The translations under genes and the position numbers were made by a program. Under the pieces are notes generated by a model. That model saw nothing but the letters and a program-made list of their open reading frames with translations, made no database searches and was not told the DNA's origin. Below are positions 1 to 12,536 of a DNA stretch of 64,000 bases, piece after piece (within the stretch, counting starts at the first letter, position 1; each line of letters starts with the position of its first letter). The stretch is from Anthoceros angustus (lineage: Eukaryota; Plantae; Anthocerotophyta), in NCBI GenBank assembly GCA_010909165.1, contig VJWM01000220.1, forward strand, positions 62,001 through 126,000, in the 5' to 3' direction.

Positions 1-1735
1 CTCTCTAACAAAAACCGGTATGCACCCAGACTAGCTGGAGAGGAGGAGCATGCCTATACAAGACGAGGTGAAAAATCTCTTGTCCCTCGTTGCTTAGCTC
101 TCCTTCGCTTAGTCTTGGCCAGCTTACTTCTTAGTGTTGTCCTTACCTCTTCCCTTGCTGGTTTCGTCTAAGTTTTTCTGTGATGATGGCAGAGTTCAGC
201 AGACAAAGCGGGTCCCAGGTTAGAAAATTGGGACAGCAGCAGTACCACTACTATGCCACATACAAGGCCATTGATCCGGTGATGGGGTCTGTGCAAGTAG
301 GGCAAGTAGGGTCTGGTCCCTGTGCCGCTGCATGCACGAGTAATGAAAGCAAGGTAAGACCACGGTGTTCCTGGCCTCCACAAAGCAGATCTTACACATA
401 TTTTTCTCCTGCTCCGCCTCCAGGTCGGACGCAATTTGCTAACGCTCATTCCTAAGGTCAAGTGCAGCCGTTCGTTCAGAGGCTATATTCTCTCGCCTCC
501 ATGCTTTGCAGCTCGGAAACAACTGTTGCATGCCTTGCCTCCTCTCTGCTGCGCGGCCCTCTCCCTTCCTCATTCTCCTTTTCCACTATCTGCGCCATGG
601 CCATGGTGGAGGAGCCAGCTCATCAAGCTCCTCCAACTTCATCCCTGTACCTCGCCGCTCGCTTGCCAGGCTTCTGGTTTTCCGCCCTGCATGCAGAGCC
701 TCGTGCAGAGAGACATCCTCCTGCACTCCGTGGCCCCTCCCTTGGGAATTCGCCCGTTAGTGGCATTGTCAATTTCACTGTCCCTCCTCCACATCCGATT
801 TTCAAGAAGGGAGGGCTTTGCACAAGGAAGGTAGAAGGTAGGACGGTATCTCTAAACCTGCAGACCTTTGAGAAGGAAGGTAGGAAGGTAGCTCTAAACC
901 TCCTGCAGGCCTGTGAGAAGGAAGGTTTGTCCCTAATCACATGTGATAAGGGGATGTGTCACATCTTGCCCTTATCACATGTGCGGGTGTCTGCAACGCA
1001 TGTGCTTGCCCATGTGATTACAGACACCCGCCGCCTATTCATACATATACACTGTTGCGGGAAAGGGAGAAAAGCATGCTACTGTTGGCAGCATCACAGA
1101 AAAATTCGACAAGACCAGCAAGCAAGGGAAGAGGCAAGCTGGACAAGACCTAAGCAAGGGAGAGCTGAGCAAAGAGGGAAAAAGGTGTTTCATTGTCCTG
1201 TATAGGCCTGCTCCTCCTCTCCAGCTGGTCTAGGGTACATGCTGGTTTTTATGAGAGGAGGCTGGCTACCTTGCTTCACGGGTACCTACCCATGACGAAA
1301 GGTAGCCAGGTTTGCTGACATTGTCCTGTTATCCACAAAGTTAGGTGATGCTTGCAGAGGCTGATGACATTGGTCTGTTGTCGACAAGATACAGTCTTTG
1401 CATACATGTCTCCCGGCTTTGACAGCTGTTTTCAGGAGCTTGCAATGTGCAAAGCCAGTAGCCAAGTTGATACTCTTGTGCTTGCAGACTGGCCAGCCAG
1501 CTGCTATTGCAACGCATCTAGCTAATGTCAGTTGTTGCTTTGTCCAATGGGTGGCCGTCCGAGCCCTTCAGCCTGTTCGTTTACTTGACAAGTCTGAGTT
1601 CTCTTCACACAGCGGTGAACTGAGGAGAGAGACTTTTGGATTGGTTTTGAGTCCGAGTGCGCAGTCTGCAGGCTTGTGCCATGCCAGCCCTTTGTTGGTT
1701 TGCGCGGGCGCGGCTGGTGCCCTGCTCACCATACC
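1..1735. repeat. Tail of tandem segmental unit U0
   Basis: Near-identical to 28465-30208 and, apart from an 839-bp indel, to 55597-58188. Ends at ...cctgctcaccatacc. Confidence 0.93.
251..800 (-). pseudogene. Coiled-coil/RING paralogue P6 (5'-truncated, RING partly deleted)
   Basis: Minus strand reads EQEKNMCKICFVEARNTVVLPCFH..SCMQRHRDQ..PTCPTCTDPITGSMALYVA*. The FLxCxx part is missing and there is a frameshift. The same lesions are in the copies at 28715 and 55849. Confidence 0.8.
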
Positions 1736-1949
1736 TTTGATAAAATGGTACACTCACATACCTCGGATATGGCACTCGCGTTCGTTTGGCCTTCCTGCGT
1801 AAGGGTAGGTTCGGTGGTTAAACCGCTTGCCCCAGGCATGTTGTGTTGATGGGCAGCTGGTTTCTTTGGATATTCAGATGGGCCATGGTGCGTCGCCTTC
1901 CAATTCGAGCTCTCCGGACAAGCCAGAGCTTGGCGCGTGTGCAGGATCG

Positions 1950-2060
1950 TGAATGGGCGTCATGGCTCTATGGAGAATGTGGAGCTTGAGGGATGCTCGC
2001 AGGGGTTTGATGGTGTTGCCAGGAGAGGTTGTTTCATCGATGACAGTGATGTAGTCGTTA
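1950..2060 (+). pseudogene. PLS-type PPR remnant
   Basis: LYGECGSLRDARRxFDGVARRxVVS matches the MYxKCGSLxDARxVFD..RDVVSW motif. Inverted copy at ~8160-8290. Confidence 0.65.
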
Positions 2061-2699
2061 CTGTGCGTTTGTCTAGGGCGGCCGATTCATGTCAGGTACC
2101 GGTGAGATCTCAATGCTGTCTGTACAAGATAATCATGTCACAGTGGGGTTGTCCACGCAGTTACTCGTACGGAGTAGGCCTGCAATATTGGACTGCTGAA
2201 TGGTGAGGATATTTCTTTCCTGTGCAGCGTTTTGCCCTGGTGTGTTGTGAACAGAGTTAGTGATGGGTTTACTGCTTCATTTCTTTCGGGAATCATTCGA
2301 TTTTCGAGGAGGAGGTAAGTTGCTGGCAGCACCACGTTCTAATGTGATTGGTAACTATCTGGTCGACACGTATGTCCCCGAAATTCACAAATAGAGTCTC
2401 TAATGTGGCCTTCAGCCTGAATTGTTTCCCTGGCTCTTGCTTACATGTATGCGATTGTGGCAGCATGGTGGACGCACACCATGTATTTGAAAACTGACCT
2501 CAGCGTGAGAAACAATCCGTATATCGTACGGCTAGTATGTCCCAGAATATGACGGGCTTTCAAAAGCATCGTCATATCGAGCGAAACACCCTGATACATA
2601 TCTCATCCTATCGTACCGCACTATTTGCACAAGTCCATTCTTAGAACACTGAGGAAAGTATGCAGGTGGTTCATTCACTCTTGAGCCTGCAAGAGTATG

Positions 2700-3124
2700 T
2701 GGGTCATTTATCAAATACATGCTGCTCGCGTCCACCCTGCTGCCACATTCAGCATGCATGTAAGCATCAGGCGTGGCAGAGAGTTCAGGGTTAAGGCCAC
2801 CTTTGAGAATTTCTTCAGGGTAAAGACCACAATGGAGAATTTACCAAGACCCTTCTGCATGATACCGATGCCAGCTGATTACTTGCTGGACAAAAGACTT
2901 CATGGATAGAAACTGCTAAGAGCGCCTCCAGTGCGGTGAGACAGGGTGTTCACCTCATGCGCATTTAACCAGCTTCCACATTTAGTATACATGTCAATAC
3001 CAACAAACAAGCAACAAAAAGTGTTACCAACAGACACATTTGAATCGAAGTACTGACAAGCAGCTTCGACGTTGACCCTCTTTCCCTTTTCCAGACAGGT
3101 TACTTTGATGTCCTGCCCATCCAC
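2700..3124 (-). pseudogene. PLS-type PPR remnants
   Basis: LEKGKRVNVEA..FDSNVSVGNT..DMYTKCGS..NAHEV and MHAECGSRVDA. Related blocks at ~7190-7370 (inverted) and ~7517-7780 (direct). Confidence 0.65.
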
Positions 3125-3678
3125 GACCTCAGATTACTCCTGATAGGCAGGATGTTCGCAGGGCTAAATGTTGGCAGCTTAATGCATAAATGCCATCATC
3201 TGACACGTATCTTGTCGACGACCGCCTCTTCCATTGAGTGGTGGGCAACAGACCCTAAAGCTTCGATGCTGGAATGGGAGTACAAGAGGTGAAGCATGGT
3301 GAGTACAAGCAATCACAAAACCTACCTTTCTCGAATCTCAGCAAGAACTGACATCATCAGCAGGCACAAGAGTGGCAACTTTACTGGCTTTGCACATTCT
3401 AGTCAAGCTCGTAGCTAGAATTATTGGAATGTAAGCAAACTCATTGCCTTTGTTCATAGCTCCCTTATCAATCAGCTCCTAGTATAGCTAGAGAAGCAGC
3501 AAGCCTATACAGGACAAGAATTCTTCTCCTCGCTGCTTAGCTCTTAACTTTATTTTGCAGATTTGTCGCTGGCAGAGTTTTCGCAAGTTGCAACACAGCC
3601 AGTCCCAGACTCAGACTGGGAGAATTGGGACAGCACAAGTTGCCCTAACACATAGATTAGGATCCGGTGGCACTACTA

Positions 3679-4817
3679 CTATGACACGAACACTGCCATT
3701 GATCCGGTGATGGGGACTCTGCAAGTAGGGCAAGGAATGGCCCGGTCCAGGGCCCGCTTCATACACGACTTGCACAACAGGAAATGAAAGCAAGGTAAGA
3801 CGACGCTGTGCCTGGGCTCCACATAGCAGACCTTGCACATACTCTTCTCCCGCTCTGCCTCCAGATCCTGACGCAGCGTCCCTCTCGGACTCAAGTTCCA
3901 CAATCTGATTCCGATGCGTATTCCTACGGGTCAGCGCATCCCTTCGCGCAAAGGCTATACCCTTTCGCAGCTCGGCGTTCTCGTCCTCCAGCCTCCGCCG
4001 CTCAGCAGCGACATGTACAGCGGCATCCCTTGCCTCCCTCTTCTTCCTCACCTTCTCCTTCTCCTCCTCCAAAATCTGTGGCAAGCTCATGCCGGCGGAC
4101 GCGCGTACAGCAAACCTCCATCTTCAGCGACATCCCTTTACCCAGTCACTGCATTGCCTGTCCTCGAGCGCTTCCCCGCCACATGCGACGCCGCCTGCAT
4201 ACAGGCACCCCCGGCCCATCGTCTAGATTCCCCAATTCTGCACAAGACAAGCACATGTTAATGGCAATTGTCTCTCCTCCGAAGTCGGAGTCGGTTTTGC
4301 ATAAGGATCTCTAAACCTGGAGCCTCAGTCTCTGCTCCTGACTGCTCCGCCTCTGCGCTCGTTTTGGATCACGTCGATCTTGCTGATGGCCTGCTTCTTC
4401 CTCCATGCGGCATTCTTGAGCACGGCTACCGAATCGTTTCTGGTTTGCCTGACCAATGCCGACAACTTCAATATCGCGGACGCACACAAAAGCCTTCCTG
4501 CTCCTGGAGCCTCTCCTCCAGCTCCTTGTCGGACACCGCCTCAGGTCCGCAGCCAGCATAGCCTCCTCCTTAGCCTGCGTGTTCTCCTCCGGATCCTCAG
4601 CCAACCTAGCCACCTCCTCAGCCTGTCTAGCCTCCTCATCAGCCAGCCAAGCCTGGTACTCAGCGCGCCTACCCTCCTCCTCAGCCAGCCTAGCCGCCCT
4701 CGGAGCCTTCTCAACTACCTTGGGTAGCCTAGCCTGCAGCTTGTTCATAGCTAGCTCGGCCTCTGCGCATGCCTCAGCCGCCATAGCTGGCCTGGACACT
4801 TCCACACGTCCCGCCAT
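3679..4817 (-). CDS. Coiled-coil + C-terminal C3HC4 RING protein P1, putative E3 ubiquitin ligase (~380 aa after frameshift correction)
   Basis: Start gaATGGCG at 4817. Ala/Glu-rich insert, then the LAADLRRVSDKELEERLQEQ module, a coiled coil and a complete RING CKVC-x11-CFH-x3-CKSC-x10-CPTCRVPITGSMAVFVS*. Most frameshifts differ between U1 and U2, so they are probably errors. Best candidate for the functional member. Confidence 0.7.
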
Positions 4818-5134
4818 TCTTCGCTACCAGCTTGCAGACCCAAGTGCGTTCACGCTCCCCTTTGCAGAGGTGGAAGAGAACTTGGTTGGATGAGAATGAC
4901 TTTGAGACACACATGGGAGCGTATTTATAATAAGAGCAAGCGTTGCTATACCCTAAAGCAAGGGCAGGGTACCGAGGCATCGTCCCACGCTGGCGGCTGG
5001 CCTTGATGATCGAATATCGAATATAAAATATCCAACTGAACGGAGTATGCCATACAAACCAGCTCACGGCATGGCTTGGTTTATACTAGCGTGAAAGGTG
5101 AGGATACTGGGCTTTGCATCGTGGCTGCCAAGGA

Positions 5135-6042
5135 ATGGCGGGTGAGAAGGAGGGTAACCTGGCTGACGATCTGATGCTGCTGAGCGACGACGAGCTGGAG
5201 GAGGAGTTCGAGGAGCAATAAAAGTTGTGCGGCACTGGAGACGAATTCTCAACAGGCCACGCACAGGCTGCAACTGATCCGCAACGAACGGACAAAGCGT
5301 GACAACAGGCGGAGGAACCTGGCTGCGTCCCTTGAGCTCTTGTCCTACGAGGAGCTGCTGGAAAGCCTGGAGGAGGAAAAAGAAGTTCTGCTTGACGCGA
5401 AGACAGAACTTCTGCTTTGCGTGGAGGAAGAAGTGACAAGCTGTGTCAGAAACGAACCCAAAGCGGGTGCAAACAAACACAAAGCGTTGTACACACTGAC
5501 CAAGAACCAACAGCAGACCAATCTCCGACTCATCCGCACCGAGCGCAGGGAGCATGAGCTTATTAGAGAGCGTGAGGATTGAGCGTCCAGAAGGCTCTGG
5601 AACGCGGGCGGGACCCACGGAAGTGGAGGAGGAAAGAGAGCAGCCCAAGCGGCGGAGGATGACGGAGGACATGGAGGCAACGGATCCGGATGCGGGTTTC
5701 GCTGCCGAGCTGCAGAGATTGGAGGAGGAGAAGGAGGCCTGGGATGCGGTGAGGGCGACAAGGGATTTGGCTGTCTGTACCAAACTGTGGAGGCTGCTGG
5801 AGGAGAACTCTTGGTTGCGGGCAGCTGTCGCCTTCCTTGAGTCGGACAGGAACGAGATGCGTGAGTACCTGGAGGAAGAGCAGGAGAAGATTATGTGCAC
5901 GATCTGCTGGGAGCAGGCCAGGGACACCGTCATCGTACCTTGCCGTCATTTCCTGTATTGCAACTCCTGCACGCAGCAGATGGGTGATTGCCCTGTTTGC
6001 AGAGTCCCGATCACCGGAACAATGGTCTCGTCTGTGCGCTAA
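5135..6042 (+). pseudogene. Coiled-coil/RING paralogue P2
   Basis: MAGEKEGNLADDLMLLSDDELEEEFEE then TAA at 5219-5221 (also TAA in U2; TCA in P4). The RING CTICWEQARDTVIVPCRHFLYCNSC..CPVCRVPITG is intact. Confidence 0.8.
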
Positions 6043-6474
6043 TAGTGCTGCTGCTGCTGTTCCAATTTCCAATTTGGGCCAGGGAAAGAAGAGGCAAGCG
6101 ACAAGAGTGGACACGCGAGGGAGCATGCAACAAACGGGAGAAATTAAGAAAAGAAAATTTCACCTTTCCTCTATAGCTGCCTGTTGCTCCTTCCAGCTAG
6201 TCTTGGTACATACTGGTTTTTAGTACAGAGGAAAGCTGGTTGATCAAGGTAGCTATGAACAAAGGTAGACAGGTTTGCTGACATTGGCCTTCTGTCCAGA
6301 CGTGTCTGTGGACTTGAATACTTGTTTCTAGCTACGAGCTTGACTAGAATGTGCAAAGCCAGTAAAGTTGCCACTCTTGTGCCTGCTGATAATGTCAGTT
6401 CTTGCTGAGATTCGGGAAAGGTAGGTTTTGTGATTGCTGGCACTCACCATGCTTCACCTCTTGCCGTACTCACT

Positions 6475-6516
6475 CTGTTGTGAATTCCACCAAGCTTGTG
6501 GTGGAATTCACAACAG
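6475..6516. repeat. Perfect 18-bp-arm inverted repeat (hairpin)
   Basis: ctgttgtgaattccacca-agcttg-tggtggaattcacaacag; identical copy at 35003-35044. Confidence 0.95.
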
Positions 6517-8463
6517 TTCCACCACACGATATAATGGCGAAGTCGGGACCGTCCATGGCTTCTCAGCGAGAAGGAAATTGGTACCCATTTCGATAACATG
6601 ATCTTTCATGACATCAGGGTCCGGCTGCCTGTGAAAGGGAACAACATGCTCACGAAAGTCGGCGCGTGGGGAAGGAAGTGCAATGATTTTGCAGATATAA
6701 CCCATAGTGTTTTTCCAAAAGTAAAAGGCAGGGTATAACAAATTTTTCTCACCTTCGGCAGCAGCTGGAAGGTGAGCGCCCTTCTATGACCCAAGCGGGG
6801 CTAGTGGGGATCTGTGGACTCGGGCGATCTGCCGGCTCGAGTTGAACTTGTTGTGTCCGTGATGTGTCCGATCCAAGTCGGGAGTTGGGTGACAGACCTC
6901 TCCGAAGGGATGAGGTCTGGCGCTCGTTAGAGTGGGGGGACTGCGTGAGGCGGGCAACCGAGCAGCGACTACCCTCCTCTCTCGGCAGTGGAGGGATAAC
7001 ATAGCATGACGATATCCCGATCAACCTTCCGACTGACAACCCGTGGACCTCTCCCCCACCCACCGTCACTTTTATGGCAACCCCACCGTCACTTTTATGG
7101 CAACCGCGGTACGGTTATCTATCTGGGTGAGATGCAAATGGCCTTTGTTTGCATGTTGGTAGCACCGTGGCATTTTCACGCGTTAGTTTCAGGAAGTAAT
7201 CAGCTGCCATCCGTATCATGCAGAAGGGGTTTGAGAAATTCTCCATTGTGGCCTTTACCTGAAGAAATTCTCAAGGTGGTGGCCTTAACCCTGAACTCTT
7301 TGCCAGGCCTGATGCTTACATGCATGCTGAATGTGGGAGCAGGGTGGCCCAGCATTTGATAAATTACACGGCTCACTCCTAAAAATCAGCATGTCTCGTA
7401 CAGACAACGGAGCGGGGATGCCCGTGTGTTGTTCTTTCCTCGCTTCGCACAGGTCCGTGAAATCGAACAGATCAAACGAGAATAAAACACACATACAAAA
7501 CAACATCGTGATTTAGCAGAAACTGCTAAGAGCGCTCCAGTGCGGTGAGACAGGGTGTTCGGCTAATGCGCATCAACCCAGCTTCCACATCTAGTATACA
7601 TGTCAATGCCAACAAACAAGCAACAACAAAAGTGTTACCAGCAGACACATTTGAATCGGAGCACGCACAAGCAGCTTCGACGTTGACCCTCCTTCCTTGC
7701 ACATATTACTTTGATGTCCTGCCCGTCCACGACCTCAGATTACTCCTGATGGGCAGGATGTTGGCAGGGCTAAATGTTGCATACATGTGAGCAAGAGTCC
7801 AGGAAACAATTCAGGCTGAAGGCCACATTAGAGACTTTGTGAATTTCTCGGGACATACGTGTCGACCAGATAGTTACCAATAACATTAAAACGTGGTGCT
7901 GCCAGCAACTGGCACTTCCTCCCTCGAAAATCGAATGATTCCCGAAACAAATGAAGCAGTAAACCCATCACTAACTCAGTTCACAACAGACCAGGGCAAA
8001 ACGCTGAACAGGAAAGAAATATCGTTACCATTCAGTAGTTGCAGGCCTGCTGCGTACAAGCAACTGCGTAGACAACCCCACTGTGACATGATTATCTTGT
8101 ACAGACAGCATTGAGATCTCACCGGTACCTGAAATGAATCGGCCGCCCTAGTAAATCGCACAGTAACGACTACATCACTGTCATCGATGAAACAACCTCT
8201 CCTGGCAACTCCATCAAACCCCTGCGAGCATCCCTCAAGCTCCCACATTCTCCATCGAGCCATGACGCCCATTCACGATCCTGCACACGCCAGGCTCTGG
8301 CTTGTCCGGAGAGCTCGATTGGAAGGTGACGCACCATGGCCCATCTGAATATCCAAAGAAACGAGCTGCCCATCAACACAACCTCCCTTGGGCAGGCTGT
8401 TTAACCACCGGACCTGCCCTTACGCTGGAAGGCAAACGAACGCGAGCGCGTCTCCGAGTCACA

Positions 8464-8822
8464 TGAGCCACTCAGACCGTTAGATTCAGCAGAAAGGTGA
8501 CGACTACTGAATGGCAGGTACTAACACAAGCACACTTACACACCACACCTACACCTAGGTGGGCTTGGCATTATAGTACTCAGCCTTGAATTCTATTGGT
8601 CTGTTGATTTTTCATGTGCTTGAATCCATCACTTGGCTTTACCATCTCTTGGCTTTCTAGAAGATACATGAGTTTCTAGAAGGTATACATATTTGTAATT
8701 TTAGCGCACTCTTCATAACCTATTTTTAGGGCACTCTTCATAACCTATTTTGATATGTGGTACCAAATCATTTCTAACACTCCCACTCAACATATCAAAA
8801 TTATTCCCTTAGGTCTAGTATC
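8464..8822 (-). mobile_element. Copia 3' remnant: pol end, PPT and LTR
   Basis: Minus strand reads ..LDLRE*, then PPT tgagtgggag (same as element A), then TGTTAGAAATG. The left end (...CTCA) is tentative. A related LTR start is at ~10367-10420. Confidence 0.55.
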
Positions 8823-9284
8823 CTCGCTCCTTGCGCATCGAGCTTGGCCTCAGCCTAGTTCTTGGGCTAAAGCCTTCCAGCCATTTGTTGTCTCCAATGC
8901 CGAGAAGTTGTTCGCCTCAGCCTCTCCACCAACCTCGTTGGATGACTTCGATGGGGTGAAATCCCTCACTCGTTCGCTCTGAGGCTCCTTGTAAATTAGT
9001 TGAAGCTTGTTAGGTGTCCCTCCTTCTTCAATATGGTTCCTCCTCTCCTCTCTTGTGTAGCCAAGACCGCTAAATTGCTCTTGTTCGTGACCTCCTCTCG
9101 ACAAAATTTTTCCCGCTCCTCGACCCTCCCCTCCTCATACCTCCCGATGCTCCTTTAGCTCATCGTCACCCAGCCTTTAATCTCCACAATGTACTTATGT
9201 TTCCATACCCATAGAGTGTTCTCCTCCAACTCCTCGCCGGGGCCAGCTTCAAGTTCGCAGTGCAGTTCACCTCCCACCTACTAT
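8823..9284 (-). pseudogene. Paralogue P3, N-terminal half only (start codon ATA)
   Basis: Inverted homologue of P5 (NKLQLIYKERSERKRR..DFTAHLKLLSNELLVERLEEQK). The coding region is cut off by the Copia remnant. Confidence 0.75.
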
Positions 9285-9574
9285 TCCTTTGCAGTGACGA
9301 TCAGAGCCCAAAAGTATCACGCATTCTCTTTAAAAATGTGGCCTGCGATGGTTACATATTACAATCGCTATATATTATAGTCCGCTACTTATTGCGATCG
9401 CTTCACACGATTAAAAGCTTATATAGGTATATACATACATTAATTAAGTATCGTGGTTGACGAAACCAGGACATGAAATTACCAAGAACCGAATCGACAT
9501 GCCTAGTAGCCAAGGATTCAAAGGACTTTTAAATAAAATAATAAGAATTAATTTTGAGGTTTTATTAATGGTCG

Positions 9575-9760
9575 GATGAGTTTAGAGAGTGATTTTTATA
9601 TGTTGTATGATGAGTTTAGAGAATAATCTAGACCATAAGGCATCATGCTTTAATTAATGGTCCGATGAGTTTAGAGAATGATCTAGATCATAAGGCATCC
9701 TCTTTGATCCAATGTCTCATGACTTTAGAGAGTGATCTAGATGATGAGGCCTCCTCTCTC
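9575..9760. repeat. Degenerate ~54-bp minisatellite (ATGAGTTTAGAGAxTGATCTAGATCATAAGGCATC...)
   Basis: 3-4 contiguous copies. Related copies at ~15355-15450, 38140-38330 and 45390-45490. Confidence 0.75.
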
Positions 9761-11410
9761 ATCTGTTGTCCCCGGTGTTTTAGATCATGAGAAGTCCTGT
9801 TAAGTGGAGAATAATTAATGGAAGGGCATGCGTCTTGGGGTATGGGCTTAGTCTCGTAGCATGCAAAGACTTGTTAGAACAGCTATGGTGTTTGATCTTA
9901 GAAGCTAGAGGAATCTGGAAGGCTCAACTTGGGTCAAGTGGGCGATGAACCCAAAGCCCATATTCGGTGAGGCAATTGGTAATAGAGGCGGTTGAGGAGA
10001 GAGCGTGAGAATCGACCTCCAGATCACCGCATCCGGACAAGTCTCTCGGATCGAACCCACGTCCACGGCCGTGGGATAAGTGTGGCCACCGGGGCTAGCT
10101 GGGTGGCCGAGGCAGAACCCTGCAGTTTGAACAAGCAAGTTTCCTTCTTTGGAGGACAAGCAGCCTAGGCATCACTGTAATAGCGCACCGTAGCTTGTAT
10201 CGGTGATTTTAGTGGTGTTTGTTTGCACATGAGTGCGGATGTGAGAGGTTGAGTGGCATCAGCCTTACAAGAAGAAGAAAGGCCTAACCCTGTTAGTTTT
10301 GTGGGTCTGGCCCGAACCCTAGTTTTGGCGAGAGCCACGGAGGTTAGAACCCATACCCACATCCCAGGGCACTCTTCATGACCTCTTTTGATATCATGTT
10401 GTACTTAATCATTTCTAACATCTTGGGGCAGCCCTCACTCATGTGTGGCCTCGGAGTGAGATTACTTATTTTATAAAGGTGGCCTTGAGGCGAGATTACT
10501 TGTTTTATAAAGATAAAACAAATCATCGATAACTACCTCATTTCCATAGCATGGGGTATTGACCGAGTAGATAGAGGTAGGTAGAGAAAGGTTCCTACCT
10601 AGTTTGAAAGATTACTAGATATATTATTTTTATATTAAATATTTGATTTATTCTCACTTCACCTCCGCTCTTCTCTCACGGCGCTTGAGGGTCACACACT
10701 CGGACCCTCTATATCTATGTACCTCTATATACCTACCGAGGTCACCAGACCATCATCTACGCTTGGAGGTCTCATTGCTTTGTTAGACTTCAAAGCTTGG
10801 AGTCCAAAAGAAGAAGAAATGTATTATAGTTAATCCACTAATTATACAAGGACAAATGACCGAGATATCATGGGACTAAAATGAAACAATTTACGTATGT
10901 TGGAACAAAAATGTAGAACTAGTTACCAACCACTCATAATATATAATTTTAATAGATTCAATTTTGAAAGATAAAATCTTCATATCAATTTATAATATTC
11001 CAAGTCACGTCCCCGACTTCATGTTATAGGTTAATGGGTTAATGATTATCGAGAACTTATCAAAGCCTCATACTATATATGGAGGGTTCCGCACATCAAT
11101 TAATGCATCCTTGTTTTGTCTTCCCTCTTATTTTTATCCAATTAAGGAAAAACTAAATCTCGAATACAAGTATCGTTATACAAACACATTTCAGGAGGAT
11201 CGGCACATCAAGGAAGCATTTGGAGAAATTGGAACATAATCATTCAATCTTCCAAGTGCGAGGATACTTGCGTTTGTCATGATCGTGGTCGAGCGTCATA
11301 TTTAAATTCAGATTCCATCATATTTTAATTCTAATACATTAAATTTTAATGTATTGCATGTCGACTTGCATGCGAATGCGAGGATACTCTACATTGACAT
11401 TGCCCGAGGA

Positions 11411-12536
11411 ATGGCGGATGAAGTGGAGGTGAGCTTGGCTGAACTTGAGTTGTTGTGCTTGACGGTGCGTGAGATGTTCGAGGAGCACCAAAAGTTACTG
11501 GAATGGGGAGGGCTGTATGGGGTGATGGTCTTGGGTGGGTCGGACGAGTTGGCTGAAACAAGCAATGGACAAGCTTCATCTTATCACACCGAACTCAAAG
11601 CGTGAGACAAGTCGGTGGTGCCTGGTGCATCCCTTAAGCTCATGTCCGATCAAGAGTTCTTTGGAAAGCCTTGAGGAGCAAAAACAATTTCAAGCTCAAG
11701 AGCAAAAAGAAACTATTTGGGGCATGGGGATCTCGCTTTCAAAGAAAGCCAAAGAGAAAGCTAAATTAAGGAAAATGGAAGCTAAGGATAGAATCGTGTA
11801 ATCGAGCGCGGCGTGAGCAGTGAAGAGCTTGAAAAGATTATTCAACCTCCAGGTTCAGCGCTCTCCCTTCCTTTTGCAAAATGGACTAGCACTCGAATGA
11901 GCTGAGACAATGTCATAAACTTGTGCTTGCGTTATGCAGAATTGGTAAATCTAGAAGACCCAACACAGACAGGGGCCACAAAATTGGTGAATCCAAAAGG
12001 CCCAGCAGGGGCGGAGCCTACGGAAGAGGAGAAGAAGAGCAAAGGTGTGAAGAGGAGGAGAGAGAGAGAAGATACCAGTGCGGTGCGATGGAAGTAAGGA
12101 AATCGAGAGAGTGGCAAGAGATTTGGCTTTCCTTGCTAGGATCCGGGAAGGGTGGAGAGAGGGGCCCTCTAGATGCCCTTGAGAGTTTTACAAGATAAAA
12201 CATTATGTTTTATTGAGGATATATCATTTCCGGCAAAGTTTGAAGGAGGAGAGGAAGCAAGGATATGGCCACTACCACACTCCAGCTAGAGGAGGAGGAA
12301 AAAGCGAGAGAGACCTTAGACTCACTTGAGTCAGCAGGGGACACTACTTGAGGACCTCAAGGCAATGCTCGGGAGTTAGAACCATATATAACGCACAATA
12401 GCTTTGAGCAAGCCGGGAATACCGTCATCTTACCTTGCAATCATCTCCTACTTTGCAACAAGTGCACGGACATAGAGGCAGCGATCGTTACTTGTGGACT
12501 TCCCATCAACGGACAATGGACTTGTATGTGCCATAA
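11411..12536 (+). pseudogene. Coiled-coil/RING paralogue P4
   Basis: Start ggaATGGCGGATGAA, two helical modules and RING remnants (PCNHLLLCNKC..GLPINGTMDLYVP*). In-frame stops are shared with the U2 copy. Confidence 0.75.

Noticed and set aside
9575-9760. CRISPR-like array
   Set aside because: The repeats are contiguous and degenerate with no unique spacers, the context is eukaryotic and there are no cas genes.
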